Origin: a virus
Lineage: Duplodnaviria; Caudoviricetes
Virus record (IMG/VR): IMGVR_UViG_3300028171_000090
Coordinates: 32,001-96,000 of that record
Reading direction: 5' to 3' (one strand)
DNA: 64,000 bases
In this document: positions 55,956 to 64,000 of the stretch, in pieces
How positions within the stretch are numbered: position 1 is the first letter of the stretch
Layout: the number at the start of each line of letters is the position of its first letter
Program-made: the position numbers and the translations under genes
The notes under the pieces: generated by a model
What the model saw: the letters and a program-made list of their open reading frames with translations, nothing else
Database searches by the model: none
What the model was told of the DNA's origin: nothing

Positions 55956-56426
55956 ATGGAATTATACGTAAGAGAAGAACTTATGAAGTACAATGAATCT
56001 ATGATCCCGCATGGCGGATTAATGAAAGATTCAGAAAAGAAAGTATTAGTTTCACACTTAAAGAAGAATGATGATATCACAGGAGTTCGCTTCTTCTTTG
56101 GGAATGGAGAGTTATCGCCATTCAAGAAACTAGCGTGCTATGACAGTAACTTTAAACAAACGTCTGACCGAATGGAAATGCGTCGTATTAAAGTCTTATC
56201 AGGTAACGTGTCAGTAGGAAAAGTGGAAGACTCAGTCTATCCAAAGTATCAACCCAATAGTGAAAAACGAAGCGAATGCTTCGTTGATTCTAATCAGTTT
56301 ACTATGACCCTAGCAGAAGATTTAGTTGGAGTTATACATGCTGACAAAATGAAATATAGAGGCGATGGAAGTATTATGTATATACACATTCCAGAGAATC
56401 GCATTCTGCAAGCAGAACAGGGATAA
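55956..56426 (+). CDS. Array family A member
   Basis: ITGVRFFFG ... MYIHIPENR. Confidence 0.75.
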   Translation: MELYVREELMKYNESMIPHGGLMKDSEKKVLVSHLKKNDDITGVRFFFGNGELSPFKKLACYDSNFKQTSDRMEMRRIKVLSGNVSVGKVEDSVYPKYQPNSEKRSECFVDSNQFTMTLAEDLVGVIHADKMKYRGDGSIMYIHIPENRILQAEQG

Positions 56427-56472
56427 AGCTAAAAGCTTTATCCTACTAATTTATTTGAGGAGAGATATTACA

Positions 56473-56973
56473 ATGAAAACACTATCACATGATGAAACAT
56501 TACACTCACTATTCTCACCGAACGTATTAGGTTTAAAAGACTTTATGTTAATGCATAATGAATTACACGTTCTACTCGCAACATTACACAAAGAAAAATT
56601 TGACTTAGTTCATATATACTCGGATCGAAATGAAGCGTATTCTAAAACACAAAAGTTTATAGATAATGCTTTAACTCGTATGTTAGTAAAATATGTATCA
56701 GTGACTGAACCAGATACTAAAATTACGTATGCTACAGCAAATTATGTATTATACGGAGAAGCTACATGCGGTTCATTAGAGTTTGCGGATGTAGCCTATG
56801 ATTGTCTTATGGAGCATCCACGTATAGGAGAAGTCGAACGACCTCATGTACAAGGAACTTTAAATGAAAGCAAGTTACAAATTGTTCAGGTAAATCGTTA
56901 TGGAACGAATGACGATGGGCAAGAACATGACCTCAAAGAATTACACATTTATATTCCTAATAATCGTATATAG
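56473..56973 (+). CDS. Array family A member
   Basis: LVHIYSD ... LHIYIPNNR; start moved to ATG 56473. Confidence 0.75.
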   Translation: MKTLSHDETLHSLFSPNVLGLKDFMLMHNELHVLLATLHKEKFDLVHIYSDRNEAYSKTQKFIDNALTRMLVKYVSVTEPDTKITYATANYVLYGEATCGSLEFADVAYDCLMEHPRIGEVERPHVQGTLNESKLQIVQVNRYGTNDDGQEHDLKELHIYIPNNRI

Positions 56974-57043
56974 GTTTATCAATGGTAACACCGGATGGAG
57001 ATAAAACTCCATCCGATAATATAATAGAAAGAGGTTATTAAAA

Positions 57044-57598
57044 ATGACTATTCTAACTAAAGAGGTGGCTTTACAATCATTAGACAGTAATGTGATTTTG
57101 GGAATTAGAGGATTTCAACCAGCTGAGAATGTAATTGCAGTTCTACGGCATCAATTGCAGTTCAGTAATATTATAGATGATGTAGCGGTATACATGGGAT
57201 ACAAGGAGTATCCTGTATTCACTATGCACGCTACCACAAAAAGAGATGGCATATACAAGCTTGATGGTGGGACATTAGAAATAAAGCAAAAGGTAACACC
57301 GGAATGGTTACTCATTCCAAAAGACATCAAGATTCCAGACACACATGTAAATGCGGCGGTTATATTCGATCCATTCAATAGTGGTCGATGTGTGGATGTT
57401 GATATCGATGTCAGAGGTGAGTCAAAAGACTATGACCCTAAAAATCTCCATGAGAATATTTTAATCATTCGAGTCACACATTCCTATCAGACTCTGGAAA
57501 ATGAAGAAGTAACTGATTCGGATATTAAGTCCAGGTTACATGTCTATATACCAGATACCGTTATGGAATTGTGTTACAACTACAGAGGGATAAAATAA
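57044..57598 (+). CDS. Array family A member
   Basis: IDDVAVYMG ... LHVYIP. Confidence 0.75.
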   Translation: MTILTKEVALQSLDSNVILGIRGFQPAENVIAVLRHQLQFSNIIDDVAVYMGYKEYPVFTMHATTKRDGIYKLDGGTLEIKQKVTPEWLLIPKDIKIPDTHVNAAVIFDPFNSGRCVDVDIDVRGESKDYDPKNLHENILIIRVTHSYQTLENEEVTDSDIKSRLHVYIPDTVMELCYNYRGIK

Positions 57599-57611
57599 GG
57601 GGGAAATAATA

Positions 57612-58136
57612 ATGACTACATTAAAACATGAAGAAGCATTCTTATCAATATTTGGACCAAGACCTTTTGGGATTAGTAGATTAGAATTAGGAGACGGAGA
57701 TAGATCAGCATTCATAGGTGTTTTCACAACACATCATATTGATGCAGTACACATTTATGCTGATGCCGCAGAAAGAGGTCCTGCATATCGCAAGTTCCTA
57801 TCAAATGCATGTACAGGAAGAGACTTCACATATACAATGATGGAGGATGGAAAAGAAGTAACAATCCGTCATGTGGCTATGCCTGTAGTGATAATCGGAG
57901 ATATTAAAATAACAAAAGCAAAAGCAAAAGCATCATTCCAAGCATATGGATATGGTTATAATTATGATACAGAAATCATCGAAGGTGTAAATATCGTCGA
58001 GGGTAAAACATTTGAAATTGGAAACATAGAAGATTTTGGTACACGTAACTTATTTGCAACTATGATCGTTAGGGAAGTAACGAGAGAAGAACAACCAATA
58101 AGTTTACATTATGAATTACACGTTTGTTTAACATAA
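57612..58136 (+). CDS. Array family A member
   Basis: IDAVHIYAD ... ELHVCL. Confidence 0.7.
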   Translation: MTTLKHEEAFLSIFGPRPFGISRLELGDGDRSAFIGVFTTHHIDAVHIYADAAERGPAYRKFLSNACTGRDFTYTMMEDGKEVTIRHVAMPVVIIGDIKITKAKAKASFQAYGYGYNYDTEIIEGVNIVEGKTFEIGNIEDFGTRNLFATMIVREVTREEQPISLHYELHVCLT

Positions 58137-58158
58137 CTAATTAGGAGGAATTTTAACA

Positions 58159-58665
58159 ATGTCGGAATTAAAAAATTATAAAACACTTAATATGGCGGAA
58201 CGAAAGGCGATTTTAATCGGAACGATTATCAAGCGTACGCGAGGTGCATTAACTAAATCTCAGATTGAAGCTGTAGTGAGTAATATGGATGTGATGGAAC
58301 AATACAGAATTAACGTATATGAAACTTCAAAGAAATTTGCTGAAAAATGTTTTGATAAAGATATTACTAAATCTAAAGCAGGTAACACAGTACCAACTTA
58401 CGTAAAACAATATTGCCGTGTAATCGTAGGTAATGTAGAAGTAGGTAAGAAGATTGAGAAGGAAGCTACTTTCTATAGTCAAGCTGAAAGTAAATTACAA
58501 TTACCAAACTTCTCAGTTGATGAAGTAGCAGTAATTGAGATTACAAGTAAAGACCCTAACTTTGATAAGATGCATAAAGAAGTTGCAATCTACTTACCAG
58601 AGGGTCAACCATATAAAATGGATAAAGAGATAGAAATCATTACGAAGTTATTTGACATCGTTTAA
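58159..58665 (+). CDS. Array family A member
   Basis: RINVYE ... VAIYLP. Confidence 0.75.
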   Translation: MSELKNYKTLNMAERKAILIGTIIKRTRGALTKSQIEAVVSNMDVMEQYRINVYETSKKFAEKCFDKDITKSKAGNTVPTYVKQYCRVIVGNVEVGKKIEKEATFYSQAESKLQLPNFSVDEVAVIEITSKDPNFDKMHKEVAIYLPEGQPYKMDKEIEIITKLFDIV

Positions 58666-58676
58666 TGATTAGGGGG

Positions 58677-58709
58677 AGGGTAAGCAAAAGCTTACCCTTA
58701 TTTTTTTTT
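58677..58709 (+). terminator. Intrinsic terminator
   Basis: AGGGTAAGC-AAAA-GCTTACCCT plus T-tract. Confidence 0.85.
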
Positions 58710-58742
58710 GGGTTCATAGTAAATATTCACTCCTTCTATAAA

Positions 58743-58761
58743 TATACATTATAGTAGCGAA
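58743..58761 (+). promoter_or_regulatory. Putative early promoter for RNAP beta gene
   Basis: TATACATTATAGTAGCGAA. Confidence 0.65.
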
Positions 58762-58806
58762 TGATGTAAACTATAACATCATAACTATAGGGAGTGTGAT
58801 TTTAAA

Positions 58807-60867
58807 ATGTCAATTAAAAACATTAAAGAGCAGATGCTAGAGTTAGATCGAAAGTATGAAGGAAAAGATGACATTCTAGGAAAGAATGTATTGACGATGG
58901 CGAATCGTACAAACTCATCTCGTGCAATCATGGTAAGTAGTCAGTTAGATCAGAACGTAGTTCTACTGAATCCAGAGATTCCGAAGATGTATACCAACTA
59001 TGAGAATATAGTTGGAGAATTTAGTTCTGCTTATTATCGAGCGGAAGCACAATTAGTCGTGGTAGGAAAAATTCAGAAGTTTGAAGATAATCCTGACCAC
59101 TTATATACATTACTCGTATTCAATACAGAAACACAAAAGTTCGATGTTATTGAAAAGAGAAGTAATGAACGCTTAACAGAGTCTTACGGGTATAAATATA
59201 ATACTCAGAAATTAGACTCAAAGGAAATAGATGATACAATTGAAGCAGGTGAAGTATTATTTAGCAGTACTTCATTTGATGAAAATATGAACTATCGTTA
59301 TGGTATCAATGTAAACTGTATGTATGGTATTGATAACCGAACGATAGAGGATGCGATTGTTATATCAGAATCTCTTCGAGATGGATTAAAGTCTATCGAA
59401 GTAGAGAACGTTCGCATCTCACTAAATGATAATGACCTTCTCATCAATATGTATGGAGGGGAAGATGGATATCGAGCATTCCCTGATATTGGAGAGATGA
59501 TTAATAAAGATACAATCTTGGCTTGTAAGCGTCGAATTACATACTCTCAATCTCTATATGATTTAAAGTATGAAAATATGCAGAAGCCTAACTTTAGAAA
59601 TGATACAACGTTCTATGCACAAGGAAAAGTAGTTGATATTAATATCTATTGTAATAAACCATATGACGAAATTCCAAAAGCAAAGTACAATAAACAAATT
59701 ATGAAATACTACGATAATGAATTACGTTATCATAGAGAAGTCGTACAAACGCTTGGAGAGATTATGAAGACTGGTCAATATACAGAAGACCTAGACTTTA
59801 TGTACAAGCGTTCGAAAGATATCTTAGACCCAACTTGTAGTTGGAAAGATAGCAATAACTCAACATTCAGTAACATGGTTATTGAGTTCGTTGTTGAGAA
59901 AGAATCTGGTGTTACAATCGGACAAAAACTTACAGGACGCTTCGGTGACAAAGGGGTTATCAGTCAGATTGTTCCTGATGATGAAATGCCTTTCACAGAA
60001 ACAGGTCTTCGTGTAGATGCCATATTCAACGTTCTAGGTGTTGTTAACCGTTTAAATCCAGGTCAGTTATATGAAGTGGAGTTAAATTTTATTGGACACC
60101 GAGTAAGAGAACGATTAGCAGAAATGGCATCATTAACTGATAAAGAAAACTTCTTATTCGATATCATTAATGATATTAATACAACTCAGGCTAATGCATT
60201 AATTAACTATTATTCACCATTAGCTGAGGATGAGAAGCTTGCCTTCTTTGAAGATATTGATAAGAATGGTATCATGATACATCAACCACCGATGTATGAT
60301 AATATGACACTTGATAAGTTTGAGTTTATTTATGACAAGTATGGATTCGAACCATATACTTGCTATGTAAACAAATTTGGTCGCAAGATCAAAATGCTAA
60401 ACAAAGTTGTTGTAGGAAGCAAATATATTCTGAAGTTGAAACATACACCGAAAGGTAAGTTCTCAACTCGTAGTACCGGATACTCAAACAGTAAAGACCT
60501 ACCATCTAAGTCTATTGCAAATAAACATCATCGTTCTATTTATCAAAAGACACCAGTACGTGTAGGGGAAATGGAGTATTCTAACTTACTGATGACACAA
60601 CGACCAGACCTATTAGCGTATATGTCTATGCTATATAGTACGTCTGTAATCGGTCGTCGTGATACAGGTCAGTTATATGAAAACAATGTATTAGATTTAG
60701 AGAATATTGAAATGTCAGATAATGCAAAGAACCGTGCAGCAGAGATTGCAACAGTGTACTTAAAGTCTATTGGTATCGGATTAGAATTCGAGATTGAAGA
60801 CGGGGAAGAAGTAGCTGATGAAACTCAATTAAACGGGGTTGTATTTGAAGATGAAGATGAGGAGTAG
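58807..60867 (+). CDS. rpoB: Multisubunit RNA polymerase beta subunit, C-terminal half (probably non-virion RNAP)
   Basis: SSRAIM, EDAIVISE, GQKLTGRFGDKGVISQIVPDDEMP, NRLNPGQLYE, GSKYILKLKH, RVGEME. Confidence 0.93.
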   Translation: MSIKNIKEQMLELDRKYEGKDDILGKNVLTMANRTNSSRAIMVSSQLDQNVVLLNPEIPKMYTNYENIVGEFSSAYYRAEAQLVVVGKIQKFEDNPDHLYTLLVFNTETQKFDVIEKRSNERLTESYGYKYNTQKLDSKEIDDTIEAGEVLFSSTSFDENMNYRYGINVNCMYGIDNRTIEDAIVISESLRDGLKSIEVENVRISLNDNDLLINMYGGEDGYRAFPDIGEMINKDTILACKRRITYSQSLYDLKYENMQKPNFRNDTTFYAQGKVVDINIYCNKPYDEIPKAKYNKQIMKYYDNELRYHREVVQTLGEIMKTGQYTEDLDFMYKRSKDILDPTCSWKDSNNSTFSNMVIEFVVEKESGVTIGQKLTGRFGDKGVISQIVPDDEMPFTETGLRVDAIFNVLGVVNRLNPGQLYEVELNFIGHRVRERLAEMASLTDKENFLFDIINDINTTQANALINYYSPLAEDEKLAFFEDIDKNGIMIHQPPMYDNMTLDKFEFIYDKYGFEPYTCYVNKFGRKIKMLNKVVVGSKYILKLKHTPKGKFSTRSTGYSNSKDLPSKSIANKHHRSIYQKTPVRVGEMEYSNLLMTQRPDLLAYMSMLYSTSVIGRRDTGQLYENNVLDLENIEMSDNAKNRAAEIATVYLKSIGIGLEFEIEDGEEVADETQLNGVVFEDEDEE

Positions 60868-60890
60868 ACCATTGGTCTACTCTTCTTTTT
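60859..60890 (+). terminator. Intrinsic terminator
   Basis: GAGGAGTAGACC-ATT-GGTCTACTCTTC plus T-tract. Confidence 0.8.
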
Positions 60891-60970
60891 TACATATATT
60901 TGGTAATAAATAAAAATAATGACAACTAATTATTATAGAAAGAAAATACATTTCCTGAGGAGGAACTATA

Positions 60971-62014
60971 ATGGTTAGAAAGAATGTATCTGTAAAGCAT
61001 ATTAGACCACATCTACTACAGGTAGATGATATGGCATTAAAATTTACAGAATATGATTTACCTGTAAAGGCTACAAGTGGATCATTTAAAAAAGGATTAT
61101 CATTGCCTGCGGCATCTTATCGTACAATGGGTGTAACAGATGAGCAATGTAAAGAAGTACAGGATACATATAAGATTCCTGAAGACATTCATGTAAGTGC
61201 AGTTGTCCGAGGTGAATATAACGTTCGACGTAATAATGATACTAAAGATGGCATATACCGTGAATTTGTTGAAGATAAAAACGGTAAAGATATATTACTA
61301 CATGCAATGCATCCAACACTTATGACGTTTAGTGAATTCGATAAACTGAATGATAAGCATTTAATCGAACTATTCAGTCAAGATGAATTTGCAGCGGTAG
61401 GTGTTGTCTCTTGGTATGAATTTGGTTTGGTTCCAGTTAACGGAATGCCGGATCATGCAGGAGTACTTAATGCAAAATTAGTATTACGCAATGCATTAAA
61501 ACGTGTAGAAGTAGAAAAAGAAGAAGCTCTAATGAGAGCCAATAAAGTAACAAAATTAAAAGGTTTCCATGATTTTGAAATATGGGTACAGTCTGATAGC
61601 CCAGCTGCGGTTTTACCTGATGCTCGTATGCTATGGACACCATTGTCCGCAGACTTTGCATCTCAGGTTAAAGTGTCAGATAAAGTTATAACAAAAGCTG
61701 TCGTACAAGGAGCGCTTATATCAAAAATTAAACCTGGTGATGGGGGCGTGTACAAATATCTTGAAACGAGAAGTCATATTGCAGAGCCGACTAGCTATTT
61801 CCTTAAATTAACATTAGCAGCTCCGGCGACATACTCTCGTGAAACATTTGAGATTATGCGTACAAACTTAGAAGAAACAGCAAAACAATTTATCCGAGTT
61901 AATAGTCTTGTGATACCACATTTACTTGATTTTGATATGGACTCTATGACTATTAATGATGGTTATGTTGCAGGGTATCCTACATTATATGTAGTAGTAC
62001 CAAATGTTATTTAA
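60971..62014 (+). CDS. Hypothetical protein; C-terminal LYVVVP resembles family A
   Basis: 347 aa, RBS. Confidence 0.75.
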   Translation: MVRKNVSVKHIRPHLLQVDDMALKFTEYDLPVKATSGSFKKGLSLPAASYRTMGVTDEQCKEVQDTYKIPEDIHVSAVVRGEYNVRRNNDTKDGIYREFVEDKNGKDILLHAMHPTLMTFSEFDKLNDKHLIELFSQDEFAAVGVVSWYEFGLVPVNGMPDHAGVLNAKLVLRNALKRVEVEKEEALMRANKVTKLKGFHDFEIWVQSDSPAAVLPDARMLWTPLSADFASQVKVSDKVITKAVVQGALISKIKPGDGGVYKYLETRSHIAEPTSYFLKLTLAAPATYSRETFEIMRTNLEETAKQFIRVNSLVIPHLLDFDMDSMTINDGYVAGYPTLYVVVPNVI

Positions 62015-62101
62015 TATAAAGAAGTAACACTTTTCTCTTAAAAAATTAGAACTTATAATTAATATACTCAGATATAAAAAGTGGAGAGGGGACCATTAAC
62101 A

Positions 62102-62578
62102 ATGGCTACTAAAACAAATAAAGAGGCTAAAGCAACAACTAGAAAGACTACAAAGAAAGTTTCCGTACAAAAAGTAGATGCTATCAAAACAGTATCAGTA
62201 CGTAAACGTAAAGCAGGTTTATTAATTAAAGGTGGGTTAACGAGTAAGATAAACTTAGTTCGTTTAACTCGTAATGAAAACTATCTACCAAATAATTATA
62301 AAACAGTATTAGATATGGTACGTAAAGGGTATGCTACTTCTCGCGAACTAGCTGATGTGAATCCATTAAAACGTGCAAAAGCATCATCTGATACAACTAG
62401 AAATTACTATTATAGAATATTGAATGTGATGGCGGATATCGGGTTACTTAATAAAGAACGTCATTCATATCATAATGGAGTAACTTGTATTGTAGAAAAC
62501 AAGTATACTGCAATCGAATTGGAACCTATTAAAATGGGACCAGGGCAATACTTAGACGTAAACATCCGTCTACAATAG
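62102..62578 (+). CDS. Basic putative winged-helix DNA-binding protein
   Basis: K/T-rich N-tail, ATSRELAD..ILNVMADIGLL pattern; start moved to ATG 62102. Confidence 0.55.
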   Translation: MATKTNKEAKATTRKTTKKVSVQKVDAIKTVSVRKRKAGLLIKGGLTSKINLVRLTRNENYLPNNYKTVLDMVRKGYATSRELADVNPLKRAKASSDTTRNYYYRILNVMADIGLLNKERHSYHNGVTCIVENKYTAIELEPIKMGPGQYLDVNIRLQ

Positions 62579-62582
62579 TACG

Positions 62583-62613
62583 AGATAGGGAGAAATCCCT
62601 ATCTTTATTTTTT
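62583..62613 (+). terminator. Intrinsic terminator (GAAA loop)
   Basis: AGATAGGGA-GAAA-TCCCTATCT plus T-tract. Confidence 0.85.
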
Positions 62614-62656
62614 GTCATTTTTATACAATAACAATAAATTCAACATTTAATTTGAT

Positions 62657-62675
62657 TATACATTATATAGGTGAG
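62657..62675 (+). promoter_or_regulatory. Putative early promoter for ligase
   Basis: TATACATTATATAGGTGAG, identical to 37801. Confidence 0.75.
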
Positions 62676-62733
62676 ATTGGATAATGAATCCAAAAGCTAC
62701 TAATGTATAAAGCTACATAGAGGAGGAATAACA

Positions 62734-64000
62734 ATGACTGAAATTAGAGTAGCGAGAGTCAAACGAATTAAGCCAGATGAACTAACAGTAGCTCCTGAAG
62801 AATTATTTGCAAAAGCATTGAAGCTTGCAAAGAAAGGAAAGCTACGTCAAGCGAAGAATACGCTGAAGAAAGCGGGCGTTGAATTATATATGGAACGCTT
62901 CGTTAAAGAAGGTAAAGAAAAGAAAATAGATGAAATGCTTGATAGTGTTGAAGACATTATCAAGGCATTAAAAATCATATACGAAAATGGAAAGGAGTTT
63001 GTAAGCGATAAGATATATGACATAACATTAGATAAATTTAAGTCTTATCGCGCTGAGCCAATTGAGGCTACATTATTTGTTGGTAGACGTACGAAAGATA
63101 CGACACATGAGTTTCCACTATTACGTGGTACATTAGACAAGGCTCATTTTATCTATACAGCAGATAACACACAAAGGAAAGAAGGTACGAAAGATGTTGA
63201 ATCCTTCATTAGAAGTTGGATGGCTAGAAGCCGTGGACCTCTTCGTATCAGATTATCATTAAAGTATGATGGCGTATCTGTCATCTTAGAAATAGATAGT
63301 GTAACAGGTAAAGTTGTATCAGCAATCACTCGTGGTGATGATGGTAATGGAACAGACCTAACACACTTATTTACAAATGTAAGATATCCGAATGCCTTAA
63401 ATGAAATGGGGTTAAACTTCGGATTGAAGACAGAGTTAATTGTAACAAAAGCAAACCGTGATTTATACATGGAAGAACGAGGAAAGAGTTATGCAAACTG
63501 TCGAAGCGCGGCAGTTAGTATTGTATCAGCTAGTAATGGAGCCAAGTATGCAAAGTACTTAACACCAGTTCCATTGTATGCCGTAACAGATACCGATGAG
63601 GAAGTATCCTATGCGGTAATAAACAAAATGTTTGCACAGAACTTAGCACTATCATTTATTGAGTTAGAAGTAACATCGGTAAAAGAAGCGATGGCTAAGA
63701 TTCATGACTTCATAGCAGACATTCGAGTAAAGCGTCCAGACTTAGGATTCGCAATTGATGGTATCGTTATCGATGTAATCAATGATGAGATTCGTGATGA
63801 GTTTGGAAGAAAGAATGCAATTAATAAATATCAGGTAGCTTACAAGTATCCACCCGATGAAGTGCAGACGACTGTTAAAGGATTCGAAGTAACCGTAGGT
63901 CGTACAGGATTATTAACACCGATCCTTTTCTATGATCCGATTGAACTAAATGGTACAATCCACAATCATAGTACACTATCATCTTATGAGAGATTTAGTA
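62734..64000 (+). CDS. ligA: NAD-dependent DNA ligase, partial (runs off window)
   Basis: Not in ORF track; hand translation gives SDKIYD, LSLKYDGVS (KxDG), ITRGDDGNG, IDGIV, VAYKYP, VGRTGLLTP; GAGGAGG RBS. Confidence 0.92.
   Translation, partial: MTEIRVARVKRIKPDELTVAPEELFAKALKLAKKGKLRQAKNTLKKAGVELYMERFVKEGKEKKIDEMLDSVEDIIKALKIIYENGKEFVSDKIYDITLDKFKSYRAEPIEATLFVGRRTKDTTHEFPLLRGTLDKAHFIYTADNTQRKEGTKDVESFIRSWMARSRGPLRIRLSLKYDGVSVILEIDSVTGKVVSAITRGDDGNGTDLTHLFTNVRYPNALNEMGLNFGLKTELIVTKANRDLYMEERGKSYANCRSAAVSIVSASNGAKYAKYLTPVPLYAVTDTDEEVSYAVINKMFAQNLALSFIELEVTSVKEAMAKIHDFIADIRVKRPDLGFAIDGIVIDVINDEIRDEFGRKNAINKYQVAYKYPPDEVQTTVKGFEVTVGRTGLLTPILFYDPIELNGTIHNHSTLSSYERFS

Noticed and set aside
45798-58665. 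Diversity-generating retroelement behind the array
   Set aside because: No reverse transcriptase or TR/VR pair with adenine-specific differences seen; divergence is deep and protein-wide
12704-60867. Introns or inteins in dnaB, gyrB/A, recA or RNAP beta
   Set aside because: All are continuous ORFs of ordinary length; no intein ends or homing endonuclease motifs seen
1161-63470. Many 60-140 aa ORF-track entries antisense to or nested in long genes (e.g. 8238, 15579, 31590, 37985, 42347, 52171, 54782, 63153)
   Set aside because: Opposite strand or frame of well-supported genes and lacking RBSs
1-64000. tRNA or rRNA genes
   Set aside because: Intergenic gaps are short and explained by promoters and hairpins; no cloverleaf found by eye, though a tRNAscan run would be needed to be sure

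Overview
AT-rich segment of a jumbo tailed phage genome of a Gram-positive host, probably Bacillus (PlyB-like GH25 endolysin, strong GGAGG RBSs). It resembles AR9/PBS1/phiKZ-type phages with their own multisubunit RNA polymerases. Layout: (i) 1-10.6 kb leftward late/virion module with an embedded radical-SAM/SPASM maturase, a 92-cysteine CXXX-repeat protein and two small accessory paralogs; (ii) 10.7-23.7 kb replication/recombination genes (PD-(D/E)xK nuclease, SbcD/Mre11-like, DnaB, Dda-like, type IIA topoisomerase B and A); (iii) 23.7-45.4 kb mixed region (two HExxH proteases, stand-alone RNAP beta C-terminal fragment, degenerate terminase-ATPase paralog, membrane miniproteins, five degenerate DnaB-fold paralogs, tubulin, DEDD exonuclease, RecA); (iv) 45.8-58.7 kb array of about 18-20 diverged paralogs interrupted by the endolysin; (v) RNAP beta C-half and a partial NAD-dependent ligase. 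Two promoter-like motifs recur: AACA-N6-T(A/G) and YATAYATTAT-N4-GTGAG-like. Top candidates for novelty: the late-expressed rSAM/Cys-repeat system, an N-terminal peptide (EIRVARVKR) shared by unrelated replication enzymes, the pseudo-ATPase paralogs, and the paralog array with covarying RNA hairpin leaders. All calls are by eye from motifs; no database searches were run. Several starts were moved from the ORF track to RBS-supported ATGs.
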